A stretch of 64,000 nucleotides of DNA, from the NCBI GenBank assembly GCA_964643545.1, contig CAZXTE010000001.1, positions 19,101 through 83,100 of the forward strand, given 5' to 3'. The notes below the pieces were generated by a model that was not told where the DNA came from, ran no database searches, and saw only the letters and a list, made by a program, of their open reading frames with translations. Shown piece by piece: positions 20,743-30,287 of the stretch. The first letter of the stretch is position 1. Each line of letters starts with the position of its first letter. The translations under genes and the position numbers were made by a program. The DNA is from an uncultured Candidatus Saccharibacteria bacterium (GTDB lineage: Bacteria > Patescibacteriota > Saccharimonadia > Saccharimonadales > AWTP1-31).

Positions 20743-21944
20743 GATATACCGCTCTTATCCCATGTGCCAAACAGCTCCACCTTGCTTGCCGGATTGGTTG
20801 TAGTATTAGCGGCAACTACCGTGAACTTAAATCCATTGTAAATATGATCGTGTTCTTGGGTCATATCTTTACTAAACACAGCTACGGTAAGTTTGTACTC
20901 TCCTTCCAGGAACGGCACCCTAGGTATGACGTAGGAAGCCGTCTGATCCGTTTGAAGCTCGTAATTTATGCTATTTGGGCCAGATAGATTTACCCCTTCG
21001 GAATCTTCAAACATTAATCCAAGAATTATTTTCTGTTTTTCTTCAGACTTGAATGAAATCTTAACTTCTAATTCTTCGCCACTGGTAACTCGTTTTTTCT
21101 TAAGCGGTTTGCCATTGCTGTAGAATTCTAGTGAATCAACTTTTACCTTGCTGTCACCCCAGCGTCGAACCTTCTTTTCACTCTGTACTGTTTCGTCGCC
21201 ATAACTACTGGCATTAATTTCCTGGTATACGGCAGCAGCTTCACTTGGTGTATAAATGCCTAGAAGCTTACCGTTATCAATAACAGCAACTCTTTCGCAG
21301 TATTTTTTTATAGCCTGCATATCGTGCGAAACAAGCACGACCGTTCTATTCGATTTCTTGTATTCAGCAAAGACGCTGTTGCACTTTTTCTGGAAGGCCT
21401 CATCTCCAACGGCTAGCACTTCGTCCAGTACCAGTATATCGCTTTTAGCTCGAATGGCGATCGAAAAGGCCAGACGAACCTGCATTCCCGATGAGTAATT
21501 CTTAAGCTTCTGGTCCATAAATTTCTCTATTTCAGCAAAGTCAACAATATCCTGGTACATTAAGTTCATTTCTTTGCGCCCGAAACCCAATAGCGCACCG
21601 TTTAAAAAAACATTTTCGCGACCTGTAAGTTCTGGGTTGAAACCAACACCTAATTCTATGAAGGGAGTAAGCTTACCATTGACAGATATAGCCCCTGTAT
21701 CTGGAGCGTAGATCCCTGCTAACAACTTAAGCAATGTGCTCTTCCCACTTCCATTCCTGCCAACTATCCCAAAGAAATTTCCCTTTTTTATCTCAAATGA
21801 CACATTGTCTAGAACTTTTTGTCTTTCAAACGTCCGATTCCCCCTAAACAGACTTACGAACAAGCCCTTAACAGACCCCTGTTTTTCGTGGGGAAGTTTG
21901 AATGTTTTACTGACAGACTCAATCTTAATAGCAAGATCATCCAT
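20739..21944 (-). CDS. wzt: polysaccharide ABC exporter ATP-binding protein with C-terminal glycan-binding-type domain
   Basis: Walker A GRNGSGKST, signature YSSGMQVRLAF and Walker B ILVLDEVLAVGD. An extra beta-rich C-domain of about 150 aa resembles Wzt_C. Confidence 0.85.
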   Translation of the reverse strand: MDDLAIKIESVSKTFKLPHEKQGSVKGLFVSLFRGNRTFERQKVLDNVSFEIKKGNFFGIVGRNGSGKSTLLKLLAGIYAPDTGAISVNGKLTPFIELGVGFNPELTGRENVFLNGALLGFGRKEMNLMYQDIVDFAEIEKFMDQKLKNYSSGMQVRLAFSIAIRAKSDILVLDEVLAVGDEAFQKKCNSVFAEYKKSNRTVVLVSHDMQAIKKYCERVAVIDNGKLLGIYTPSEAAAVYQEINASSYGDETVQSEKKVRRWGDSKVKVDSLEFYSNGKPLKKKRVTSGEELEVKISFKSEEKQKIILGLMFEDSEGVNLSGPNSINYELQTDQTASYVIPRVPFLEGEYKLTVAVFSKDMTQEHDHIYNGFKFTVVAANTTTNPASKVELFGTWDKSGIS

Positions 21945-22744
21945 TACAGATCCTCGGCAAAGTTTTTTGCTTCTCTCTTAAAGTACAGGACGCCGAATAA
22001 TAATACAGTGAGTGTTATAGAATATGGTACCAGTCGCGACCATTGACTACCGTAGACATGACTAATTGTTAACGAACTATGCGAAACTGCAGCGTACCTC
22101 GCGTCCTGAACGGCAGTAGCGATTGGATTCACCATCAAGATTTTCTGATACAAGGGCTTCGTTATGATCGAGAGTGGATATAGTATGGGCGTTAGATAGA
22201 ACAACCCTTGAAGCGAAACCTCCCATAGGTGCGTAACGTCCCGATACTTTACAAAGGCCGTCGCAAGAATAAGAGATACTCCCAAGGCAAACAAGTAGAG
22301 CTGAACCAGCACTAATGGCAACAGCAAGATACTTCGCATAATATCAACGTGATTGAATAGCAAGAAAATAAACACAATAATAAGATTAAGCGCTAAGTTA
22401 ATCAGTGCGGTAACGCTACTCGAAAGAACTATTATCCATCTTGGGATACGGATCTTGCGAATTAAGTCACCTCTGGAAACAATACTACTAAGACTTATAC
22501 TTGTCATTTCTGCAAAAAAGTTCCATAGTACTATTCCTAATAATAGGTATATGGGGTAGTGTTCTATGCCCTTACCTATCTTTAAGAATTTTACAAAGAC
22601 GACATAGAGTATCAGGAACAGCAACAACGGGCGCAGAAGCGACCATGCGTAGCCGAGAACAGAGCCTTGATAGCGAAGCTTGAAGTCGGTTCTAACCAGT
22701 TCACCAAGAAGAGTCCTGTTCTGTTTTGAAAATATATGTTTCAT
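21944..22744 (-). CDS. wzm: ABC-2 type polysaccharide exporter permease
   Basis: 266 aa with six TM helices. ABC-2 N-terminal pattern ELVRTDFKLRYQGSVLGYAWSLLRPLL. 1-nt overlap with wzt. Confidence 0.85.
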   Translation of the reverse strand: MKHIFSKQNRTLLGELVRTDFKLRYQGSVLGYAWSLLRPLLLFLILYVVFVKFLKIGKGIEHYPIYLLLGIVLWNFFAEMTSISLSSIVSRGDLIRKIRIPRWIIVLSSSVTALINLALNLIIVFIFLLFNHVDIMRSILLLPLVLVQLYLFALGVSLILATAFVKYRDVTHLWEVSLQGLFYLTPILYPLSIITKPLYQKILMVNPIATAVQDARYAAVSHSSLTISHVYGSQWSRLVPYSITLTVLLFGVLYFKREAKNFAEDL

Positions 22745-22783
22745 GGGTTACCAGCCTTTTATTATAAGATAGGTACTAGAAAC

Positions 22784-23794
22784 ATGAAAAAGATATTTGT
22801 CGTAGTCCCAAACTGGAATGGTAAAGATGAGCTAAAGGCCTGTCTTGAGTCGCTTCACGCGCAGACTCAAAGCGCACAGATTTTGGTAGTAGAGAACGGC
22901 TCTAACGATGGCTCCCTAGAATATATCCAAGAGAACTTTAACAACGTGCAACTTGTCATAAATAAAACGAACCTGGGCTTTGCGGGTGGGGTAAATAGCG
23001 GCATTAGGGAAGCAATCGCTAGTGGAGCAGAATATATAGCCCTATTCAATAACGATGCAGTTGCAGATAAAGACTGGCTCAAGCATCTTCTTAAGTCCTT
23101 AGAACAAAACTCGGAAGTCGGAATCACCACCTGTAAACTGTTGAGTGCAGATAAGAAACTGATCGACAGCACGGGTGACCAATATACCACATGGGGACTA
23201 CCCTACCCCAGAGGAAGGGGTGAGATTACCTCCAATAGGTATGATTCCGACACGCATATATTTGGGGCTTCTGGTGGGGCAAGCTTGTACAGAACTAAGA
23301 TGTTTGAAGAAATAGGACTATTTGACGAGGATTTCTTTGCCTACTTTGAAGATGTAGACTTGAGTTTCCGCGCCCAACTTGCTGGCTGGAAAGTACTTTA
23401 CGCTCCCAAAGCTATTGTTTATCACAAAATAGGCGCAACAAGCGGCAAAATAAAGGGCTTTACCACGTATCAAACGTTCAAGAACTATCCATTATTATTC
23501 TGGAAGAACGTTCCCTTTCCGCTTATGTTTAAAATGCTCCCACGATTTACACTCGTTTACGTCAGCATATACATAAGTTCTCTCTTAAAAGGACGTGGTT
23601 TGCCTGCAACAAAAGGCCTTGTGCGCTCACTCACTTTATTACCGAAAAAGACTCTGGAGCGGCGACGCATCCAGAAAAGCCGAATGGTTTCTGCCGAGCA
23701 CATTAATGGCTTGCTCTTGCATGACTTGCCCCCCAATGCCGACAAACTAAGGAAGCTACGTTCTCGTTGGTGGAAAATTATCGGCAAACGGTAA
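22784..23794 (+). CDS. GT2 glycosyltransferase (rhamnosyltransferase-like)
   Basis: FVVVPNWNG, VVENGSNDGS, FNNDAV and YFEDVDLSFR motifs. Start taken at MKKIFVVV (22784). Confidence 0.8.
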   Translation: MKKIFVVVPNWNGKDELKACLESLHAQTQSAQILVVENGSNDGSLEYIQENFNNVQLVINKTNLGFAGGVNSGIREAIASGAEYIALFNNDAVADKDWLKHLLKSLEQNSEVGITTCKLLSADKKLIDSTGDQYTTWGLPYPRGRGEITSNRYDSDTHIFGASGGASLYRTKMFEEIGLFDEDFFAYFEDVDLSFRAQLAGWKVLYAPKAIVYHKIGATSGKIKGFTTYQTFKNYPLLFWKNVPFPLMFKMLPRFTLVYVSIYISSLLKGRGLPATKGLVRSLTLLPKKTLERRRIQKSRMVSAEHINGLLLHDLPPNADKLRKLRSRWWKIIGKR

Positions 23795-23818
23795 ACTTTT
23801 GGTACAGTTTTAGACCAG

Positions 23819-24226
23819 TTATATATTAAAGGTCTTCTTGGTCTTGTATGGTTCTAGCTCTAACGAGTCCTGAATTTCAGTATATACAAACGGCATCTCT
23901 TCTCGGGCGAGCGCCTGCATTGTTTTATCAATCATTTCGTATAATTTTGACGTTGGCACATCTTTTAGATCTCGTTTTTCAACTTCTTCTAGCAACTTCT
24001 CAAGTCTCTTGCCAAGAACCTTGATTCGATGTTGTTTACCAATCTTGTATTGTTCTTGCAAATTGTCTAAATACAGACCCTGTTGGTTCTGGATCTCATT
24101 TTCATATTGTTTTGCCCAATTAAACAAAGTTGTCTTACTGACGTCGAGTTTCTTTGCAATATTTGCATAGCTTTCATTGCTCGCACGTAACTCAATAAAT
24201 TTCTCATGTTTCTCTGGCTTACTCAT
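23819..24226 (-). CDS. small helix-turn-helix protein with coiled-coil tail (transposase/terminase-small-subunit-like HTH)
   Basis: SYANIAKKLDVSKTTLFNWAKQY is a classic HTH, followed by a charged helical region. The ATG at 24226 is preceded by GGGGAG at 5-nt spacing. Confidence 0.5.
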   Translation of the reverse strand: MSKPEKHEKFIELRASNESYANIAKKLDVSKTTLFNWAKQYENEIQNQQGLYLDNLQEQYKIGKQHRIKVLGKRLEKLLEEVEKRDLKDVPTSKLYEMIDKTMQALAREEMPFVYTEIQDSLELEPYKTKKTFNI

Positions 24227-24295
24227 CAACACTCCCCTTGCAATTTTCCTGTTCCGGTATTATACCACCCCTTACCGCCAGGGGTCACTCACGCA

Positions 24296-25618
24296 CTACT
24301 TCTTAGGCGAGAGTCTGGGTAGTATTTGAGCGCTCAATACCATACCCGTAAGCAGCCACCACTGTGTAGTCACCGCCTCGTTACTCCATACATGGTTGAG
24401 GAGTCCAACAATGATGTACCCCCAGAAACTCGCCTGGAGCGCTCTTTGCAAAACGAACATGTCTTGATTCTTTGTAAGCGTTTTCCTGAAAGACAGATTG
24501 TAGATAAGTAGGGCAAGTAGACCAAGAAAGAGCAGCAACCCCACCACTCCGACCTCGTACCCTATTTGTAGAAAGTAGTTTTCGGTCAATTGCCCGCCAT
24601 TAGTATTACGGATCGATACAATGCCAGCGGTCCCTGGACCATGACCCTGAGGCTCATGAATGATCCCATCTATGGCTTGGCGCTGAAAAGAAACACGCAG
24701 CTCGTTAGGATCAGCCTGGTTGGTGCTCTGGTCACTGTGCAAGAGTAGGTTTTGAGTGACGTAACTATCACGCGTCATCACTGCAACACCACAGAACAAC
24801 AGGACCACGGCGATAAGTACATACTTAAACCGGCCAGCCAGTGCTCGCAACACGCTGCCATAGGTGAGAACAACCGCCAGAACTACAGATAGAACAGCAC
24901 CAATCCACGCGCTACGAGAAAAAGTGAGCAGCAACGCCAACCCTTGCAACCCCAGTAAACCCAACAAGATTAGTCGCTTTTTCGCCTTCAGCACCATGAG
25001 CACCAACATAGTCATAGGAATCATGAGGTACGCACCTAGTGAATTTGGGTCACGAAGAGTGGACATAATACGAGGGAAGTCGGGCTTGTCGTCGATGAAA
25101 AACGCGGGTTTGACCCCCCGAGCGACACTATAGCCAAAGTGCGTCATTACATCTTTTGGCAGGAAGTACTGCAATACTCCAAGAACCGCCACTACCGAAC
25201 TAACAATCAATACTAATCGAATCAAAAAACGCTGTTTCTCTTTGTCTAGCCGCGCACCGGCAACTATGCCAATCAGCAATAGGGCCAAGGGCCGCGTGTT
25301 ATAGGCAGTCGCTTCCAGAGCGACTTGAGAGTATCCTTGAGAGCCAAGGAGCATAAGCAACACATGGGTCGTTACATAAAGCCCGGAAAGGACCGTCAGA
25401 ATGCGAAATAATCTATTACTAAACAACCCCCGCCGATATGCAAGACCCAGAAATATCGGGACTGATAGCATCAAAACAACATCTTTGCCTGCCTTCCACG
25501 CCGACAAGCCCCCGGTGTAGGTGCTTAACCAAATCGACAAGAAGATATGAAGGGGCATATACGTAAGATATGCGTACGCAAACCAGCGCGGGAACCAAGA
25601 CAGCTGCTGTTTGTTCAT
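24296..25618 (-). CDS. O-antigen ligase/polymerase family (Wzy_C-like) polytopic membrane protein
   Basis: 440 aa with about 11 TM helices. LLTFSRSAWIGAVL motif, followed by an exposed loop with H..Q.....G. Confidence 0.65.
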   Translation of the reverse strand: MNKQQLSWFPRWFAYAYLTYMPLHIFLSIWLSTYTGGLSAWKAGKDVVLMLSVPIFLGLAYRRGLFSNRLFRILTVLSGLYVTTHVLLMLLGSQGYSQVALEATAYNTRPLALLLIGIVAGARLDKEKQRFLIRLVLIVSSVVAVLGVLQYFLPKDVMTHFGYSVARGVKPAFFIDDKPDFPRIMSTLRDPNSLGAYLMIPMTMLVLMVLKAKKRLILLGLLGLQGLALLLTFSRSAWIGAVLSVVLAVVLTYGSVLRALAGRFKYVLIAVVLLFCGVAVMTRDSYVTQNLLLHSDQSTNQADPNELRVSFQRQAIDGIIHEPQGHGPGTAGIVSIRNTNGGQLTENYFLQIGYEVGVVGLLLFLGLLALLIYNLSFRKTLTKNQDMFVLQRALQASFWGYIIVGLLNHVWSNEAVTTQWWLLTGMVLSAQILPRLSPKK

Positions 25619-25644
25619 TGTGTTTTATTGTATAGACTAATAGG

Positions 25645-26757
25645 ATGAAGAACCAGAAAAAACACATTGTTATTGATGCCCGCATTCGGCCCAGCAGCAC
25701 CGGCCGATATATTGACCGAGTACTCGAGCATCTCCAGACAATAGACACACATAATAAATACACAGTGCTCTTAAGCAAAGGGGACGAATGGAAACCCAAA
25801 GCAAAGAACTTTTCTGCGCAGACGTGCCGATTCAGGTCTTTTTCCTTTAACCCAATTGACCAACTCCTTTTCTCGCGTCAACTATATAAACTCAAGGCAG
25901 ATCTTGTACATTTTGCGATGACTGGATACCAACCATTGTTCTACTTTGGCAACCAAGTAACTACAACAAATGATCTGACAATGTTTAAGTTTACTCGACG
26001 TGGCAGACTACCGATGTGGGCGCACCGTCTGAGAATGTGGGGCTACCATCTACTGATCTGGCAGGCGCATAAAAAAGCAAAGTACATCTTAACCTTCAGT
26101 GAGTATACTCGAGATGCAGTGGCAAAATTCCATACTTTCACAAGTAGAAAAATAGTAATCACCCCCCTAGCAACTGAGCCGCCACTAACCGAAAAATCTA
26201 TGCCTGTTGAGGAAGTAGAAGGTCGTTATATTATGTACACCGGTAGCTCTTTCCCGCATAAAAATTTGAAGCGTTTGGTCAAGGCCTTTGCAAGAGTTAG
26301 CGAAGGTGACCCAAGCCTGCACTTAGTATTAGTGGGCAAGAAAGAATATCATTCAAATCAACTACAGAAATGGGTGAAAGAAAAAGGCATAACTAACGTC
26401 ATCTTTACAGGATTTGTAAGCGATGGTGAGTTAAAGTGGCTATACGAAAACACACTGGCTTATGTCTTCCCTTCTCTTAGTGAGGGCTTTGGTCTTCCTA
26501 GTCTTGAAGCAATGGCTCATGGCGCACCTGTCGCTAGTAGCAATGCATCCTGTCTGCCCGAGGTGAATGGTGAAGCTGCACAGTACTTCGACCCACTAGA
26601 TATTGAAAGCATGGCTCAAGTAATAAAAAGGGTTGTGGGCAGTAGCAGTTTACGCCAAAAACTAGTGACGGCTGGTTATCGACAAGTAAAAAAATACTCA
26701 TGGAAACGAACGGCGCAACAAACTTTAGAGGCCTACAAAAAAGTTCTAGAAAAATAG
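25645..26757 (+). CDS. GT4 (GT-B fold) glycosyltransferase
   Basis: C-terminal E-x7-E region SLSEGFGLPSLEAMAHGAPV. About 370 aa, which is GT4-typical. Confidence 0.8.
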   Translation: MKNQKKHIVIDARIRPSSTGRYIDRVLEHLQTIDTHNKYTVLLSKGDEWKPKAKNFSAQTCRFRSFSFNPIDQLLFSRQLYKLKADLVHFAMTGYQPLFYFGNQVTTTNDLTMFKFTRRGRLPMWAHRLRMWGYHLLIWQAHKKAKYILTFSEYTRDAVAKFHTFTSRKIVITPLATEPPLTEKSMPVEEVEGRYIMYTGSSFPHKNLKRLVKAFARVSEGDPSLHLVLVGKKEYHSNQLQKWVKEKGITNVIFTGFVSDGELKWLYENTLAYVFPSLSEGFGLPSLEAMAHGAPVASSNASCLPEVNGEAAQYFDPLDIESMAQVIKRVVGSSSLRQKLVTAGYRQVKKYSWKRTAQQTLEAYKKVLEK

Positions 26758-26875
26758 TTGTTGCTTTTATTACTGCTTTTTCTTTGATCTGTTCCGTGGC
26801 AATTTTTAAGCACGACAATTTTTCTTTTTAGGACTCTGCTACTACGCTTTCTTTACTAAATGTAGAGGGTACATT

Positions 26876-28363
26876 TTGAAAAGTTCTTTTTTGAAGGTGC
26901 GCGTATCGAAAAGTCTGTTCATTGTTATTTCTAGCTCAATTATTTTATCAATCCTGGTTCAACCGCTTATAGCTCTAAAAACCTCTGCGCTGGGCACCTA
27001 CCCTAACGCTTCTATTGCAAACCGAGCCCTCGGCTATACGGGCCAATGGGGCGGTAACGCCTGCAAAGATGTTGGTAGGAGTGGATATACTGGTGGTTAC
27101 CCTGGCGGTCAAACCTACGATGGTCAGTGCCGGGCGTTTGTTAACTGTGTGGTTTGGTCCGTTAGTAATCGTACGCAGTGGTTGGGTGGCGGAGACTACT
27201 TTAGCCCACTCGCAGCCAATGGTCATGAAATCAAAGATATTAATGGTTTAGTAAAAGGTGATGTCATCCAGGTCGGGCAAGGCACGCACACATTCATAAT
27301 TGTTGGTCGTACGGGCGGCAATATATTCAGAGTAGTGGACTCGAACAGCAGGCTAGATGAGGTGGTCCGAACATATGACCGTAAAGTCACCCTCGACAAT
27401 ACAAATCGTGCGTTTCGATTAGGTCTGGCTGATGGGCCTCAACCAACTGTGAACGGAGGGGTCGGGACAAGATTGCTCGGTGATGTAAATGGAGATGGGC
27501 TAGACGATGCGATCGTTATGTTTAAAGACACAGGGACAGCAATGGTCGCTCTTTCGCAAGGCAGCAGCTTCTCTAACCCTTCCGCCTGGAGTTATGGCCA
27601 TTCCATGAACGCAAGTAATTACTTTTTGGCCGATGTAAATGGCGATAAAAAGAAGGACTTGGTCGGATTCTTCGCCCAGGACGGGCGCTGGAAAGTTAGC
27701 CTATCTTCTGGGACCGGGTTTTGGTCACCCGTAGAGTGGGCGTATGGGCAGGGTGTTGGTACGAGTAATCAATGGTTAATGGATGCAAATGGTGACGCGA
27801 AGGCCGACATCATAACTCTAGATAAACAAAACGGCGACTGGTATGTAAGCAGCTCATCCGGGAGTGGGTTCTGGCCACCAAAGCGCTGGATTAGTGGCCA
27901 TGGAGTCGGAAGTGACGATCAAGCAGCAGGAGATTTTAACGGGGACGGCAGAGCTGATGTTGCCATTTGGCTTCGGGATGGCTCGTGGTATGTAGCCCTA
28001 TCTACGGGCAGCACGTTCGGCTATCCTGGCCACTGGTCTGCCGGGCAAGGATTAAATAGCAGCCAACGCCTCGTTGGGGATGCAAACGGCGATGGCAGAG
28101 CTGACACAGCATACTTCTACGCCGATACGGGCAGGTGGTACGTATCTACCTCTTCTGGTTCAGGGTTCTGGACACCAACGGAGTGGGCGTATGGGCAGGG
28201 CGTAGGGACCACGGAGCGTTTCTTGGGCACGACCACAAAAGATTCGCTAGCTGACATGGTTACATTTGACAGAAACACGGGAGATTGGTGGGTTAGTGTA
28301 TCGTCTGGATCAGGCTTTTGGCCACCTTCTCGTTGGATCAGTGGTCACGGTAAGGCTTCTTAG
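26876..28363 (+). CDS. secreted CHAP/NlpC-P60-like amidase domain fused to six FG-GAP-type repeats
   Basis: TTG start with GAGGG 6 nt upstream, then a signal peptide. Cys/His pair GQCRAFVNCVV ... GTHTFIIVG ... VDSN. Repeats carry D-x-N-G-D-G-x-x-D calcium-loop motifs (GDVNGDGLDD, ADVNGDKKKD, DANGDAKAD, DFNGDGRAD, DANGDGRAD). Confidence 0.7.
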   Translation: MKSSFLKVRVSKSLFIVISSSIILSILVQPLIALKTSALGTYPNASIANRALGYTGQWGGNACKDVGRSGYTGGYPGGQTYDGQCRAFVNCVVWSVSNRTQWLGGGDYFSPLAANGHEIKDINGLVKGDVIQVGQGTHTFIIVGRTGGNIFRVVDSNSRLDEVVRTYDRKVTLDNTNRAFRLGLADGPQPTVNGGVGTRLLGDVNGDGLDDAIVMFKDTGTAMVALSQGSSFSNPSAWSYGHSMNASNYFLADVNGDKKKDLVGFFAQDGRWKVSLSSGTGFWSPVEWAYGQGVGTSNQWLMDANGDAKADIITLDKQNGDWYVSSSSGSGFWPPKRWISGHGVGSDDQAAGDFNGDGRADVAIWLRDGSWYVALSTGSTFGYPGHWSAGQGLNSSQRLVGDANGDGRADTAYFYADTGRWYVSTSSGSGFWTPTEWAYGQGVGTTERFLGTTTKDSLADMVTFDRNTGDWWVSVSSGSGFWPPSRWISGHGKAS

Positions 28364-28821
28364 TCTTTGGTTACGGCCTTGAGGACAATGTGGCGGTCTC
28401 GGCCTTCGCCTACTGACTCGGTCTCTAGACCGCTCTCGCCCGCTAGTTTATGTATGGTGCGGCGATCAGCGGCATTCATGGGTTCGAGCGGCATGTCTTT
28501 GCCACTTTCTTTTACGGCAGCAACCCATTCTTCTGCCTTTTGCGACAGACGGTCTGCTCGAGCCTTCTTGTAGTCGGCAACGTCGACACTGACGCGAGAT
28601 ATTTCGTAATCGTTGTTCTTGAGTGCGCTACTCACCATGTACTGGATGGCACGGATGGTGTCGCCATGGCTACCGATAAGAAAGCCGTTGAGGTGCGAGC
28701 TAGGAACATGAAGTTCGATAACCTCATCTTCGCTATTGGTGGCATAAATATCGGTGTTTAAACCAAAAAAAGACAGTAGGTCTTCTAGGTACTTCTTGGC
28801 ATATAAAATTGATTCTTCCAC
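28360..28821 (-). CDS. jag: Jag/KhpB-like RNA-binding protein (KH plus R3H domains)
   Basis: 153 aa with R3H region MNAADRRTIHKLAGE. In the conserved position downstream of yidC. Confidence 0.8.
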   Translation of the reverse strand: MEESILYAKKYLEDLLSFFGLNTDIYATNSEDEVIELHVPSSHLNGFLIGSHGDTIRAIQYMVSSALKNNDYEISRVSVDVADYKKARADRLSQKAEEWVAAVKESGKDMPLEPMNAADRRTIHKLAGESGLETESVGEGRDRHIVLKAVTKD

Positions 28822-29741
28822 TACCGTTTCCTCCGTTTACTTTTTGATTTGGCGGTTTGCTTCTTTTTGTTTTTAGGAGGAAGAACTTCTGCTTCGATTA
28901 CCACTTTCGATTTCTTGTCGGTCGCTGTCGTCAGTTCGGTCTTGTCCCGGCCAAGCACCCTGTCCTGCTGCCAATACGCAACCAGGCCACTGGCAAGCCA
29001 GTACAACGACAGTGCTGATGCTATGTTGACGGTAACGATAAAGATAAAACCAGGCAATAAGAAGCGTGTGCTGCGCCCAACGGCTGCATTGACTTCGGTT
29101 TGGTCAGCCTGCTTGCCACCACCGGCGTCTTTGAGGATGCTACGCAGACTACGCTTGTCTTTGGTGTCTGGTGCAAGCTGTTTGGCTTGGAAGTACTGGA
29201 CCACTGCGCTACCGGCAACAATGGCCATGGCAGGCCAATAGATAGCACCGGCTTTATCAAGGGCGGCCCTGGAAAGGTCAACAACCCCAAAGAGCGTACT
29301 GTCGAAGCGCCCAATATCCGCTGCCAGCGTCTTAACCCAGCTTAGATCCCGTATAAACGGATAGGAAAAGTTAACGATTGCGTGCGGGTCGTCCACAATG
29401 CGCCGCAACCCGCTATACAGACCAATGAAGATTGGGATCTGTACAATGAGCAGACCAATACTGGCGAAGGGATTAATCTCGCGCTCTTTGTAGAGCTCCA
29501 TCATCATGACAGATTCTTTTTGACGATCACCCTTTGCTGCGGCCTTGATCTTCTTAAGCTCTGGCTGCAGTTCTCGCATAGCTTTCGCTTGGTGTAGCTG
29601 CTTCTTGACGAGTGGCCACATAAGCAAGCGAACAAGTATGGTGAAGAGAATGATGCTCAGACCAAAATTATGACCTGGCAACAGAGCATAGATAAGGACT
29701 AGTAAGTTAAATATCGGCTTAACAATGAGCGCTGTAAACAT
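28821..29741 (-). CDS. yidC: membrane protein insertase YidC (short, monoderm type)
   Basis: 306 aa. Motifs PLVKKQLHQAKAMRELQPELKKI and MMELYKEREINP. Basic tail KKKQTAKSKSKRRKR. Sits in rnpA-yidC-jag synteny. Confidence 0.85.
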   Translation of the reverse strand: MFTALIVKPIFNLLVLIYALLPGHNFGLSIILFTILVRLLMWPLVKKQLHQAKAMRELQPELKKIKAAAKGDRQKESVMMMELYKEREINPFASIGLLIVQIPIFIGLYSGLRRIVDDPHAIVNFSYPFIRDLSWVKTLAADIGRFDSTLFGVVDLSRAALDKAGAIYWPAMAIVAGSAVVQYFQAKQLAPDTKDKRSLRSILKDAGGGKQADQTEVNAAVGRSTRFLLPGFIFIVTVNIASALSLYWLASGLVAYWQQDRVLGRDKTELTTATDKKSKVVIEAEVLPPKNKKKQTAKSKSKRRKR

Positions 29742-29755
29742 CGTTTCTCCTTTGG

Positions 29756-30130
29756 TTATATAGTATCACGGGTCTTGTCTTCAACCTTGACCGCGATGTT
29801 GGTTTTCTTAAGTAGCGCGCGCAGCTGTTCTTGCAGTTGGTCTATCGGAATAGTGGCGGTGCTTTCGTGAAAGACCGTCAGCACGATATCCATAGGCTGA
29901 TCGGGCAGAATTATAGTACGGATAAGTTCGTATAGCCGGCGACGCATCCGATTGCGCTTTACGGCTGACTTGCTGACTTTCTTGCTGACGACCACGGCAC
30001 AGCGCATGTCCGTACGCCGTTGGTTTTGGCCATACTTTAATCCAAATAGGTCACTCCGTACCGTTTGGCCAGTCTTATAGACATAGCGAAGGCTATTGTG
30101 ACCATGGAAGCGATTTGCTCGCCGAAGCAT
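29756..30130 (-). CDS. rnpA: ribonuclease P protein component
   Basis: 124 aa with basic motif VSKKVSKSAVKRNRMRRRL, immediately downstream of rpmH. Confidence 0.8.
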   Translation of the reverse strand: MLRRANRFHGHNSLRYVYKTGQTVRSDLFGLKYGQNQRRTDMRCAVVVSKKVSKSAVKRNRMRRRLYELIRTIILPDQPMDIVLTVFHESTATIPIDQLQEQLRALLKKTNIAVKVEDKTRDTI

Positions 30131-30149
30131 ACGGCTTAAGACCTTCTAT

Positions 30150-30287
30150 CTAGTGCGTTAGACGCACGCGACCTTTGATACGTCGGCTTTTTAGAACTCG
30201 ACGACCGGCTTTACTGGCCATTCGTTTTAGGAATCCGTGCTCGCGTGCGCGGTGGCGTTTTTTTGGTTGGTAGGTTCGTTTTGGCAT
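30150..30287 (-). CDS. rpmH: 50S ribosomal protein L34
   Basis: [45 protein letters not shown], 45 aa, from the internal ATG of the 73-aa track ORF. Confidence 0.9.
   Translation of the reverse strand: MPKRTYQPKKRHRAREHGFLKRMASKAGRRVLKSRRIKGRVRLTH

Noticed and set aside
25619-25644. A very short (26 bp) gap between divergent start codons of the O-antigen-ligase-like and GT4 genes, considered as a shared regulatory site.
   Set aside because: It is too short to define promoter elements. The promoters probably lie inside the neighbouring coding regions, or one start codon is mis-set. There is no palindrome.
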